Origin: Candidatus Poribacteria bacterium
GTDB lineage: Bacteria; Poribacteria; WGA-4E; WGA-3G
NCBI GenBank assembly: GCA_965215265.1
Contig: OZ244048.1
Location: 736,001 to 800,000 of the forward strand
DNA: 64,000 nucleotides
Direction of reading: 5' to 3'
Shown: positions 1 through 8,985 of the stretch, piece after piece
Layout: each line of letters opens with the position of its first letter
Position numbering within the stretch: position 1 is the first letter of the stretch
Notes under the pieces: generated by a model
What the model was told of the DNA's origin: nothing
Database searches by the model: none
Seen by the model: the letters and a program-made list of their open reading frames with translations, nothing else
Translations under genes and position numbers: made by a program

Positions 1-1
1 G

Positions 2-193
2 TTGTTCTTTTTGGTGTAGGAGGAGGATACGCCGTTGTGCCTGAAGTGCTGCGTGTGTGGCTCGGACGCACATTTCGCGTGCGGCGATTAGCAGCGATTT
101 GTTTCTGGGAAAAATCGCCTCAAAATCTGGCGGTAGATAGACAACGGGTAAACGTAAGACTTCTTGCTCTTTGGAGGTTGTAGGGTTCATCAT
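2..193 (-). CDS. lon: Lon protease N-terminal domain (partial, runs off window start)
   Basis: Not in the ORF track; hand translation MMNPTTSKEQEVLRLPVVYLPPDFEAIFPRNKSLLIAAREMCVRATHAALQAQRRILLLHQKEQ resembles the LON_N start; fits the tig-clpP-clpX-lon order. Confidence 0.6.
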   Translation of the reverse strand, partial: MMNPTTSKEQEVLRLPVVYLPPDFEAIFPRNKSLLIAAREMCVRATHAALQAQRRILLLHQKEQ

Positions 194-263
194 TCTATCC
201 TTGTTTTGTGGTTTCTATCTGACTCATACGAAATTCACCAGTGGATGGGTTAAGTATAGTCGA

Positions 264-1742
264 TTAAGCAGTTTTCCGTGGTTCGGATTGACTATAAACG
301 ATTTCAGGTTGTTGACTGTTGTTAACACACTCCTCCGTGATTCTGCAAGTTTGGACGGCATTGAGTGATGGGATTCGGTAAAGGGTATCGAGCATAATGT
401 TTTCAAAGACAGCTCGGAGTCCGCGTGCCCCTGTTTCCCGTTCAATGACCTGGTGTGCAATAGCTGCCAAAGCGGCATCAGTTACTTCAAATTGCACACC
501 TTCGTATGCTAAAAGTTGCGCATATTGTTTGACGAGTGCATTTTTGGGTTCGGTTAAGATTTGGATTAAGGCTGTCTCGTCCAATTCATGAAGGGTTGTG
601 AAAATAGGCATGCGTCCGATGAGTTCTGGAATTAACCCATATTTAACAAGATCTTTGGGTATTGCTTGCCTGAGTACTTGGTGGATGCGTGTTTTCTGCT
701 TATTTTGAATTTGGGAGCCGAATCCGATGCTCTGCTTTCCGAGTCTGTCTTGAATGATGCGTTCTAAGCCGATAAAAGTGCCGCCGCAAATAAACAAGAT
801 GTTTTTGGTGTTCACCTCAAGTACTTCTTGTTGTGGGTGTTTGCGGCCGCCGCGGGGTGGTACGTTTGCGGTTGTGCCTTCTAGTATTTTGAGGAGTGCC
901 TGCTGTACGCCTTCGCCGGAGACATCGCGCGTGATAGATGGGTTCTCGGATTTGCGTGTGATTTTATCAATTTCATCAATATAAATAATACCGGTTTCTG
1001 CGCGTGGTATACTTCCGTCGGCGGCTTGTACGAGTTTTAAGAGTATATTCTCTACATCTTCTCCGACGTAGCCGGCTTCAGTTAAGGTTGTAGCGTCAGT
1101 GATAGCAAAGGGTACGTTCAAGACGCGCGCGAGGGTTTGGGCGAGAAGCGTTTTGCCTGTGCCGGTTGGCCCGATCATTAAGATGTTGCTTTTGTCCAGT
1201 TCAACCTCAGTGTTCTGATCGTGTTGTAACCGTTTATAGTGTGCATAAACGGCGACGGATAGGGCCTTTTTCGCTTCGTCTTGGCCAATGACATATTCAT
1301 CAAGTTTTGCTTTAATCTCAGCCGGTGCGGGTGGTTTTTGCGGTGTTAGATTTGTCTGTATTTCGGTGTTTGCGTCTGGTTGATTGGGTGTGCGTCTGCG
1401 CGTTCGTCTATTTCGCTGCGGTCTGCTGCTGTTGCTGCCGTTTGGTTCTTCAGCTGGCGGTTCATTAGATTCACGAGAGAGAATATCTTCGCAGAGTGCC
1501 ATACATTCGCTGAGGCATGCTTCACAAATATTAGCTTCTAGTCCGTTAAGGAGGCGATAAGTGCGTTCGGTATTATCGCGTTTACAGAAAGCACACAATG
1601 CGTTTTGATGCGTTGTTTCTGTGAGTCGTACGATACATTGGCTGCAAATATTTGCCTCTTCGCCTTTAAGGAGGCGTTCAACTTTCGTACTGTCTTGTTT
1701 ACAGAAAGAACAGGATATATCTCTGTACATGGATTCTGCCAT
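264..1742 (-). CDS. clpX: ATP-dependent Clp protease ATP-binding subunit ClpX with two N-terminal C4 zinc-binding domains
   Basis: GPTGTGKT Walker A, IYIDEIDK Walker B, GYVGED pore loop, RKH and IGF loops; downstream of clpP. Confidence 0.97.
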   Translation of the reverse strand: MAESMYRDISCSFCKQDSTKVERLLKGEEANICSQCIVRLTETTHQNALCAFCKRDNTERTYRLLNGLEANICEACLSECMALCEDILSRESNEPPAEEPNGSNSSRPQRNRRTRRRTPNQPDANTEIQTNLTPQKPPAPAEIKAKLDEYVIGQDEAKKALSVAVYAHYKRLQHDQNTEVELDKSNILMIGPTGTGKTLLAQTLARVLNVPFAITDATTLTEAGYVGEDVENILLKLVQAADGSIPRAETGIIYIDEIDKITRKSENPSITRDVSGEGVQQALLKILEGTTANVPPRGGRKHPQQEVLEVNTKNILFICGGTFIGLERIIQDRLGKQSIGFGSQIQNKQKTRIHQVLRQAIPKDLVKYGLIPELIGRMPIFTTLHELDETALIQILTEPKNALVKQYAQLLAYEGVQFEVTDAALAAIAHQVIERETGARGLRAVFENIMLDTLYRIPSLNAVQTCRITEECVNNSQQPEIVYSQSEPRKTA

Positions 1743-1816
1743 AGATTTTCCCCTTCGTGCTCGCGGCTGGAGCGTTAACGACGTTCGGTTTGGAAATCAA
1801 GTTTGTGATTTAGATA

Positions 1817-2422
1817 TTATTGATTTAGTGTTTCATCGCGTCGTGCGACAATTTTGTCAATAATTCCGTATTGAAGTGCCTGTTCTGCATTCATGTAAAA
1901 ATCTCTATCAGCATCATCTGCGATTTTTTCGATATTTTGGTTTGTATGTTGTGCCAAGATTTTGTAAAGTCTGTCGCGTTCGTGTAGTATTTCGGTTGCA
2001 TGGATGCTAATATCAGCTGCCTGCCCGCCAATTCCGTTTGCGATAGGCTGGTGGATGAGTGTTTTGGCGTGTGGCAGCGCGAAGCGTTTTCCGGGTGTGC
2101 CGGCGGCGAGTAGAATCGCTCCCATGCTGTATGCGCGTCCGAGGCACCATGTTTGCACATCAGCTTTGATGTATTGCATGGTATCATAGATAGCGAGTCC
2201 TGCGGAAACGGACCCGCCGGGCGTATTGATATAGAGAGTAATGTCTGCATCCGGATCTTTTCCTTCAAGGAAGAGCATCTGTGCGGTTACAATGTTAGCC
2301 ATTGAATCATCATCAATCTGTGAGCCGATCATGATAATTCGGTCTTCAAGTAGCCGTGAGTAGATGTCATAGGATCGTTCGCCGCGGCTAGTCTGTTCAA
2401 CAACAACAGGTACAAGATGCAT
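1817..2422 (-). CDS. clpP: ATP-dependent Clp protease proteolytic subunit
   Basis: [36 protein letters not shown] (catalytic Ser), IHQP, DRD. Confidence 0.98.
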   Translation of the reverse strand: MHLVPVVVEQTSRGERSYDIYSRLLEDRIIMIGSQIDDDSMANIVTAQMLFLEGKDPDADITLYINTPGGSVSAGLAIYDTMQYIKADVQTWCLGRAYSMGAILLAAGTPGKRFALPHAKTLIHQPIANGIGGQAADISIHATEILHERDRLYKILAQHTNQNIEKIADDADRDFYMNAEQALQYGIIDKIVARRDETLNQ

Positions 2423-2573
2423 AGTTTTGATATTCTCAAAGGTTTTTAATTTGGCGTTAATCGCTGTGCCGAATCAATTTTTGTACGGTTTCGTAATCGA
2501 ATGAATTTTATATGAATTCACTTCAACAGCGTGGGTGGTTGTGCGAATTCGTCTGTGGTCTGAGCATCTGTTT

Positions 2574-3875
2574 TTAAGTAATGATAAGTGCCTGTTTAGC
2601 AGATGCGCGCTGAATGAGAAATTGATAGATTTTTTCGTTTTGCAGCTGGTTTCGGAAATCCTCCAATCGGTTGCTTGATTTAAGCAAGTCTGCGTATTTT
2701 TGGGTGTCCCGATTTTGCTGTTCTGCGGCGCGTCGAATTTCTCGTTCTAGTTCGGCATCTGTGACTGCAATTCCCTCGTCCTGTGCAATGGTATCAAAAA
2801 TCCAAGACTGTTTAATCTGTTTAATGACATTGGTTTGCAATTCAGCGGTGTCAGTGTGGTTAGGTGACTGGCTGCTGGTATTTTGTGTACTGTTGGTGCG
2901 TTCGTGTGCGATTTGTTGTTGGAGGTCCTGAACCGTTTTCTGTACTAGTGTTTCAGGCACGGTAATATCAGTCCGGTCAATGAGTTGGTTTAAGATATCG
3001 ACACGTTGGCGTTCGGTTTGGTGGCTGCGTTCTTCCTCAACGAGGTTGTTCCAGATAACGCCGTAAAGCTGCCCGTAATTTTCATATCCCAAGTCCTTTG
3101 CAAATTCGTCATCAAGGGTGGGGAGCTGTTTTACGGTAATAGCGTGCAATGTGAGTCGATATATTGCGGTTTTTCCGGCGAGTTTGGATATTCGGTGCGT
3201 AGTTTCAAATTCGATTGGAATTTCTTTTGTATCGCCGACGTTCATTCCAATGATGCCGTTCTCGAGTGCTTCAAGAAATGTTCTGCGTCCGAGTTCAAGA
3301 TCTACATCCTGTTTAGATTCGTCTTGAAGGAGTTCGTTGTCGACAAAACACTCCCAATCGATTCGTACACAGTCATTTTCTTGTACGGGTCGTTCGTCCT
3401 CGATAGGTTCGTAAGTTGCGGCTTGGGATTGCAAGCGTTCGACGTAAGCCTCGACTTCTTGTCGTGGTACATTTACGGGTGATTTATCGGTTTCCAATTC
3501 CTCATAGGGTGGGAGCGTGATTGCCGGTCGGATGTCAACGGTTGCGGAGAAGTTCAAAGGTTGATTTTCTTGTACACTAAGCTGCGCGAGTGGTGGTGCG
3601 AATGTAGGCTGTGCGAGGGGTGTCAAGCGTTGCTGGTAGATAGCCTCTTCATAGCCTGTGACGACGAGCTGCCGTACGACTTCGCTATTGATGTAATCCG
3701 GATATCGTGATTTGAGAATGTTTACCGGTACGCGTCCTTTACGGAAACCGGGTACGGCTACCTGGTCGCGCAAAGCCTGGTATGTCTCCTCAAGTGTCTG
3801 GTTAACATCCTCAACCTGTACTTCAATGTCCAGCCGGACCTGGGTGCTGCCGAGCCTTTCAACATCAACTTTCAA
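2574..3875 (-). CDS. tig: Trigger factor
   Basis: VPGFRKGRVP ribosome-binding signature, FKBP-like middle domain. Start moved to TTG at 3875 (GGAGG upstream) because the track start lies inside tRNA-Leu. Confidence 0.92.
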   Translation of the reverse strand: MKVDVERLGSTQVRLDIEVQVEDVNQTLEETYQALRDQVAVPGFRKGRVPVNILKSRYPDYINSEVVRQLVVTGYEEAIYQQRLTPLAQPTFAPPLAQLSVQENQPLNFSATVDIRPAITLPPYEELETDKSPVNVPRQEVEAYVERLQSQAATYEPIEDERPVQENDCVRIDWECFVDNELLQDESKQDVDLELGRRTFLEALENGIIGMNVGDTKEIPIEFETTHRISKLAGKTAIYRLTLHAITVKQLPTLDDEFAKDLGYENYGQLYGVIWNNLVEEERSHQTERQRVDILNQLIDRTDITVPETLVQKTVQDLQQQIAHERTNSTQNTSSQSPNHTDTAELQTNVIKQIKQSWIFDTIAQDEGIAVTDAELEREIRRAAEQQNRDTQKYADLLKSSNRLEDFRNQLQNEKIYQFLIQRASAKQALIIT

Positions 3876-3965
3876 GTGGCCAATGAACCTCCGTGTTTTG
3901 GCAATATGTGCCGTGTTTCGGTTGCGCGTTCTAGTTTTGGTTATAGAAGAGCGTATCCGTGTAGA

Positions 3966-4051
3966 TGGGCGAGGAGGGACTTGAACCCTCACGAGGCGTA
4001 ACCCCAATAGATCCTAAGTCTATCCTGTCTACCAAATTCCAGCACCCGCCC
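3966..4051 (-). tRNA. tRNA-Leu (TAG)
   Basis: GGGCGGG/CTCGCCC-A acceptor stem, anticodon loop CTTAGGA, long variable arm, GGTTCAAGTCC T-arm. Confidence 0.95.
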
Positions 4052-4058
4052 AAAACGA

Positions 4059-4131
4059 TGCGCCGTGAAGGAATCGAACCTTCAACCGCCTGATTAAGAG
4101 TCAGATGCTCTGCCGATTGAGCTAACGGCGC
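4059..4131 (-). tRNA. tRNA-Lys (CTT)
   Basis: GCGCCGT acceptor, TAGCTCAATCGGCAGAGC D-arm, CTCTTAA anticodon loop, GGTTCGATTCC. Confidence 0.95.
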
Positions 4132-4281
4132 GACTTTTGTATCACTATTCGCCGGGGGATATGGCAGCGGCATTGTACTCATATAATTTTCTGTGTTATT
4201 CTGGGAACAAGTGTCGCCTCCTCCACTTATCAAAAGGGTTTTTCCTCTCAGTGCGTTACGGATTTCTTAAGAATAAAAGAA

Positions 4282-4354
4282 GGTGGATGATGGGATTTGA
4301 ACCCACGCCCACTTGATCCACAGTCAAGTGCTCTACCCCTGAGCTACATCCACC
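4282..4354 (-). tRNA. tRNA-His (GTG)
   Basis: G-1 plus GTGGATG acceptor, CTGTGGA anticodon loop, GGTTCAAATCC, C73. Confidence 0.95.
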
Positions 4355-4379
4355 GCACGATATTTTATCCCCCCTCAAA

Positions 4380-4453
4380 CACGCCTAGCAGGACTCGAAC
4401 CTGCAACCTACAGATTAGAAGTCTGTTGCTCTATCCAATTGAGCTATAGGCGC
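4380..4453 (-). tRNA. tRNA-Arg (TCT)
   Basis: GCGCCTA acceptor, CTTCTAA anticodon loop, GGTTCGAGTCC. Confidence 0.95.
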
Positions 4454-4473
4454 CTATCTATAACGCTGCAGAG

Positions 4474-4548
4474 TCGGGGCGAGAGGATTCGAACCTCCGA
4501 CCTTCTGCTCCCAAAGCAGACGCGCTAGCCGGGCTGCGCTACGCCCCG
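4474..4548 (-). tRNA. tRNA-Pro (TGG)
   Basis: CGGGGCG acceptor, TTTGGGA anticodon loop, GGTTCGAATCC. Confidence 0.95.
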
Positions 4549-4580
4549 AAATTAGACCAGTTTTTTTCTGATTATTGTTA

Positions 4581-4609
4581 ATTATACCACAATCGTGTTA
4601 CAATTGCAA
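4581..4609 (-). promoter_or_regulatory. sigma-70-type promoter for the tRNA-tig-clp cluster
   Basis: TTGCAA-17 nt-TATAAT on the minus strand, just upstream of tRNA-Pro. Confidence 0.6.
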
Positions 4610-4706
4610 ATTAAATATTGAAAAGTGTTGTATTTTTTTCAGAGGCATATTAGAATGAAGTGAGAGATTCTAGAAAGAGAGCTGAGCTATCTTGAGGTAA
4701 TGAGAG

Positions 4707-5588
4707 ATGCTGACACCACAATTTCTGAAGCAACTTCATGCTTTCTCTATTCGCACGGGCCGTCCGTTTCGTGGGAAATTTAGGGGTGAACGTCGGAGCC
4801 TTAACCGGGGCCTCGGTGTAGAGTTTGCTGATTATCGCGTGTATGAGTTGGGTGATGATCTGCGGCATGTAGACTGGAATGTCTACGCGCGCTTAGGTAA
4901 ACTGTTCATCAAACTATTTCAGGCTGATGAAGAGCTACCTATTTCATTCCTGATTGATACGAGTTTATCTATGGGCTTTGGAAAGGGGGCAACGAAGTTG
5001 ATGTGTGCGAAACAGATTGTAGCGGCATTAGGTTATATTGCTTTGTTGCATTCTGACAGTGTAGCGGTTTACACGTTTGCGGACCGGCTTGTTGCAAAGG
5101 TGCCTCGGACTTATGGTGCGTCGCAATTCTCGAGGCTGACAAAGGGCCTCGGTCCAATTGAAGCTGCGGGTCAGACTCGCATAACAGGGTGCCTCCGGCA
5201 GTTCAGCATGTATCAGCGTCGCCCGGGGCAGGTCGTGCTCCTATCAGATTTTTTAGATATAGGAGGGTATGCCCGGGGTCTCAAATTGCTTGCGGGACGG
5301 GGGTTCTCACTCTCAGCAATTCATATCATGAGTCCGGATGGAACCGGTCTGCCGCCGCGGGGAGACTGGCAGCTTGAAGATACAGAAACAGGTGAAACTA
5401 AAGCAATTACGGTTAATGAGGAAACGCTGATGCAATATCGGCAGCAACGGGAAACCTTTTGTGACAGTTTACGAGATTTGTGTACCACTCTCGGTATTAA
5501 CTACGCAATGCTGTACAGTGATACGCCGGTGGAAGCGTTTATTTTAGAGGGATTACACAAGGCGGGTTTTATCAGCCGGAGGCGATGA
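4707..5588 (+). CDS. DUF58 family protein (vWA-like, MoxR-associated)
   Basis: GERRSLNRGLGVEFADYRVYELGDDLRHVDWNVYAR signature, DTSLSM MIDAS-like motif. Confidence 0.92.
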   Translation: MLTPQFLKQLHAFSIRTGRPFRGKFRGERRSLNRGLGVEFADYRVYELGDDLRHVDWNVYARLGKLFIKLFQADEELPISFLIDTSLSMGFGKGATKLMCAKQIVAALGYIALLHSDSVAVYTFADRLVAKVPRTYGASQFSRLTKGLGPIEAAGQTRITGCLRQFSMYQRRPGQVVLLSDFLDIGGYARGLKLLAGRGFSLSAIHIMSPDGTGLPPRGDWQLEDTETGETKAITVNEETLMQYRQQRETFCDSLRDLCTTLGINYAMLYSDTPVEAFILEGLHKAGFISRRR

Positions 5589-5669
5589 ATATACTGTGAT
5601 AATGACAGGAGAAAACCGAAGGAGAAAACGGCAGATATTTAAAATATCTGGCTGGCAGGAAGTATATCT

Positions 5670-6230
5670 ATGCAGCAACAAATTATGGGAACCTGCTTGG
5701 CACTCCGCCAAGGGGATATAACGAAGGCAGAGGTTGACGTTATCGTGAATGCGGCTAACGAAGCGCTTATAGGTGGTGGCGGCGTGGATGGTGCGATTCG
5801 TCGTGCTGGTGGCGATGCCATAGAGGAGGCGTGTGCTGAAATTCGGGCACGCCAGGGCGGTTGCCCGACAGGCGAGGCGGTTATTACTACCGGTGGTAAT
5901 TTAGCGGCAAGGTATGTGATTCATACAGTTGGGCCTGTCTGGAAAGATGGAAATTCGGGTGAGCCTGCGCTGCTAGCGAGTTGTTATCGCGAGAGTCTGA
6001 GACTTACATGTAGTTTGAAAGACAAGGATATTCGCACTGTGGCGTTTCCTTCAATTGGCACCGGAATCTATGGGTACCCGCTGGAGAGAGCGGCAGCAGT
6101 TGCGCTTAAGACAGTGAAGGAATTCGTAGGAAATAACGTTGGTGCGGCTTCTGTATTAACGTGCATTCAGTTTGTGCTATTTGACGAGGTTAGTTACAAC
6201 TGTTATGCCGATGTGTTTTTAAAAGTTTAA
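5670..6230 (+). CDS. Macro domain O-acetyl-ADP-ribose deacetylase (YmdB-like)
   Basis: [43 protein letters not shown]. Confidence 0.93.
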   Translation: MQQQIMGTCLALRQGDITKAEVDVIVNAANEALIGGGGVDGAIRRAGGDAIEEACAEIRARQGGCPTGEAVITTGGNLAARYVIHTVGPVWKDGNSGEPALLASCYRESLRLTCSLKDKDIRTVAFPSIGTGIYGYPLERAAAVALKTVKEFVGNNVGAASVLTCIQFVLFDEVSYNCYADVFLKV

Positions 6231-6285
6231 CATCCGTAGAGAGGAGTCCTCTCCAATTCAAGAGAAAAGATTTAGCCGCGTTTCG

Positions 6286-7434
6286 TTGATTTTACCAATT
6301 TATATTCCGGCGTTTCTGCTAGCGAGCGGTGTTGGTATGATTTCGCCGACGCTTTCGATTTATGTAAAATCGTTTGAGCTCTCCTATACGTTGACGACGG
6401 TTGTTCTTGCAGTGGGTGTAGTAGGGAATATTCCGGCGGGCATTTTAGTCGAACGATTTGGGCGTAAGCTGTCAATGTTAATTGGGTTGATGTTGATAGG
6501 TTTTTCAACGGTTGGGATGGGCGTGTCAGTTAATTTTCTGCAGCTCATCGGTGCCCAGTTAGTTGGCGGGGTAGGCAATGCGTTGTGGATGCTTTCTAGA
6601 CACGCCTATATGACAGATGTCATCCCGCTTGCCAATCGAGGGCGGGCGATTGCGTTGTTTGGCGGTGTGAATCGGATGGGAACTTTCGTGGGGCAGTTTG
6701 GTTCGATTTTCCTTGGTGCAAATTTACGGGTTCCCTTTTTCGTGTATGCCGGGATAGTGCTGCTAAATCTTGTGCTGTGTTTTTTCTTTATCCCGGGGAC
6801 GCGTCCGGCGGTGTCATGTCTATCCGGAAAGCGGATTCCTTATTTAAAACAGTTTCTGCATGTCTCTAGTCAACACTCCCGGCTATTGGGGACTGCGGGT
6901 TTTGGACAAGTATGCGTTCAAACCCTTCGTCGTGGTTGCCACATCATCATCCCGCTTTACGGTGCGGAAGTGGTAGGATTAACAACGGAAAATGTGCGCT
7001 GGGTAGTGATGATTTCGTCTGCGGTGGATATGTCGATGTTTCCGCTCGCGGGGTTTATGATGGACCGGTTCGGGCGAAGATATGCGACGGTGCCGGGTAT
7101 TAGCATTTTTGCGACGGGCATGGTGCTGATGCCGTTTACGGGTACGTTTATGTGGTTATTATTGGCAGCGGTTTTAATGCGTATAGGCAACGGTGTGGCT
7201 TCAGGGACGATGATGACACTGGGTGCTGATTTAGCACCACGTGAAGGTACTGGAGAATTTTTGGGTTTATGGCGGCTGACTGGAGATTTTGGTGGTTCAG
7301 CAGGTCCTGTTGTTGTAGGCAACATTGCCGATGTATTCGGGCTTAGCTACTCGGGCTTCGCGCTCGGGGGGATTGGCTATCTCGCTGTTTGCATTTTCTT
7401 ATGGCTGGTGCCGGAGACGCTGCAGCGGAAATAA
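6286..7434 (+). CDS. MFS transporter
   Basis: About 12 hydrophobic segments, motif A copies GILVERFGRK and GFMMDRFGRR. Confidence 0.9.
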   Translation: MILPIYIPAFLLASGVGMISPTLSIYVKSFELSYTLTTVVLAVGVVGNIPAGILVERFGRKLSMLIGLMLIGFSTVGMGVSVNFLQLIGAQLVGGVGNALWMLSRHAYMTDVIPLANRGRAIALFGGVNRMGTFVGQFGSIFLGANLRVPFFVYAGIVLLNLVLCFFFIPGTRPAVSCLSGKRIPYLKQFLHVSSQHSRLLGTAGFGQVCVQTLRRGCHIIIPLYGAEVVGLTTENVRWVVMISSAVDMSMFPLAGFMMDRFGRRYATVPGISIFATGMVLMPFTGTFMWLLLAAVLMRIGNGVASGTMMTLGADLAPREGTGEFLGLWRLTGDFGGSAGPVVVGNIADVFGLSYSGFALGGIGYLAVCIFLWLVPETLQRK

Positions 7435-7452
7435 GTCTTTTATAAGATTGCA

Positions 7453-7547
7453 GTTTCCTCAAACAGAGGAATAGATTAACTAGGTTTATACGGGGGTTAA
7501 CATCGCAGAAGCCTTCAGGTTTTCTCAAACAGAGGAATAGATTAACT
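7453..7547. repeat. Two 29-bp direct repeats (1 mismatch) separated by 37 bp, just 3' of tRNA-Leu
   Basis: GTTTCCTCAAACAGAGGAATAGATTAACT at 7453-7481 and GTTTTCTCAAACAGAGGAATAGATTAACT at 7519-7547. Confidence 0.85.
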
Positions 7548-7569
7548 GAATTGGGTTTTAGAGAAAAAA

Positions 7570-7655
7570 TGCCGGGAAAGGGACTCGAACCCTTACGCGC
7601 AAAAAGCACACTAGAACCTGAATCTAGCCTGTCTACCAAATTCCAGCATCCCGGC
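7570..7655 (-). tRNA. tRNA-Leu (CAG)
   Basis: GCCGGGA/TCCCGGC-A acceptor, TTCAGGT anticodon loop, long variable arm, GGTTCGAGTCC. Confidence 0.95.
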
Positions 7656-7672
7656 GAGCATTGATGTACTAT

Positions 7673-7701
7673 AGTATACTCTCTTCTGTGAGGTTTGTCA
7701 A
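7673..7701 (-). promoter_or_regulatory. sigma-70 promoter of tRNA-Leu(CAG)
   Basis: TTGACA-17 nt-TATACT on the minus strand. Confidence 0.7.
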
Positions 7702-7826
7702 ATTAAATTTGATTTTTCATTTCATCTGCGTTCTTGGAGGTGTCGTGCATAAAAATTCAGATTAAACTTGTGATTCAGTTGTATGTCTAAAGTATTTATA
7801 ATTATGTCAAAAAGGAGCAGAAATCC

Positions 7827-8576
7827 ATGAGAGTCAGGATAATATTCTGCATGATGCTCGTGCTCGGTATAGGTACTGGTTACAGCCATTCTGAAATCGA
7901 TTCAGATAAGATTGTTGGGATATGGCTGTTGGATGAAGGGAAGGGTGATGTGGCTGAAGACGCGTCCGAAAATCGGTATGAAGGGACAATTACCCAAGGG
8001 GTGTGGGCTAAAGGTAAGTTCGGCGGTGCGGCCGAGATTAAAAAAGGCGGGACTGTTACTATCCCGATGGGTAAAGGGACAATTTCGGATAAGGTCAGTT
8101 TTACCTTGTGGCTTCAATTTACTGACATCGGTGGACAGCAAAACTACTTTTCGATCTGGGATCAGAGTAACAATCGCTATGTGCCTTACAAAAACGGTGG
8201 GAATGTGCTTCGCAGTTGGACTAATACGTGGGATATTAGTAGTGGTGTGACAGTTAAGGCGGGTACGTGGTATCACGTTGCCAATACTTACGATGGTAAA
8301 ACGGCGAGTATCTACATCAATGGTGAAGAGAGAGTTTCACAAGATGTGCCGAAGTTTGAGCTTCAGGACCAAGATCAGACGGCCTGGCTGGCTACAGACA
8401 AAGGGACCGGTTTCCTTTCTGCTTGTATTATGGACGAAGTCGGGTTATTCAACGATGCCCTGACAGCAGAAGAGATTCTGGGAATTATGAACGACGGCAT
8501 CTGGCACACGGCATTTGCAGTAGAACCGTCAGATAAACTTTCGGTGCTTTGGGGGAAACTGAAGAGATTGGATTAA
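7827..8576 (+). CDS. Secreted LamG-like (ConA-like jellyroll) protein
   Basis: Signal peptide, WLLDEGKG..A.D.S, WYHVA.TYDG, IYING, DEV.LFN.AL; C-terminal AVEPSDKLSVLWGKLK tail. Confidence 0.88.
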   Translation: MRVRIIFCMMLVLGIGTGYSHSEIDSDKIVGIWLLDEGKGDVAEDASENRYEGTITQGVWAKGKFGGAAEIKKGGTVTIPMGKGTISDKVSFTLWLQFTDIGGQQNYFSIWDQSNNRYVPYKNGGNVLRSWTNTWDISSGVTVKAGTWYHVANTYDGKTASIYINGEERVSQDVPKFELQDQDQTAWLATDKGTGFLSACIMDEVGLFNDALTAEEILGIMNDGIWHTAFAVEPSDKLSVLWGKLKRLD

Positions 8577-8985
8577 TCGGTTTAACAGTCTGACGGTTCT
8601 ATTATTTTTGCCCAAACCATGAGACTTATTCATAGTGATTCGCTTCTGTCTGCTTCTCCGTCTCTCTTTTGTCTAAAGCATTTCAGACAATAAACGGCTA
8701 CCTGTCTGTCAGTCTCCGTTTCCATGCATCCATCAAGCATTTATCTCATCGATTGTCGTTGCCCCTTGTTATACAGCCTGGGCACACTGTAATCATCACG
8801 CTCGCGTTTTACACGCGAGCCGCCAGAGGCTGAAAGTAACACAGATGTTTTTAGCAAAAAAGTGAAAAATGTGCCATAAATCGTGCTTTTCTTGCGAAAA
8901 TTCATCGTTTTTGTCCAATTTTAATTGGACAAACGCGTATTTATAATTATCAGGTAAACTGTTCTTTGAAACAAAAGTATGTGCT

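Noticed and set aside
3876-4233. N-terminal extension of tig and ORF 3931-4233
   Set aside because: Both overlap tRNA-Leu and/or tRNA-Lys genes; a better RBS-TTG start for tig exists at 3875
7453-7547. Calling a bona fide CRISPR array
   Set aside because: Only two repeats, no cas genes or leader; kept as a repeat and a finding
7343-7639. 98-aa ORF with repeated NLFLCLRK
   Set aside because: It is a translation of tRNA-Leu plus the direct repeat, not a gene
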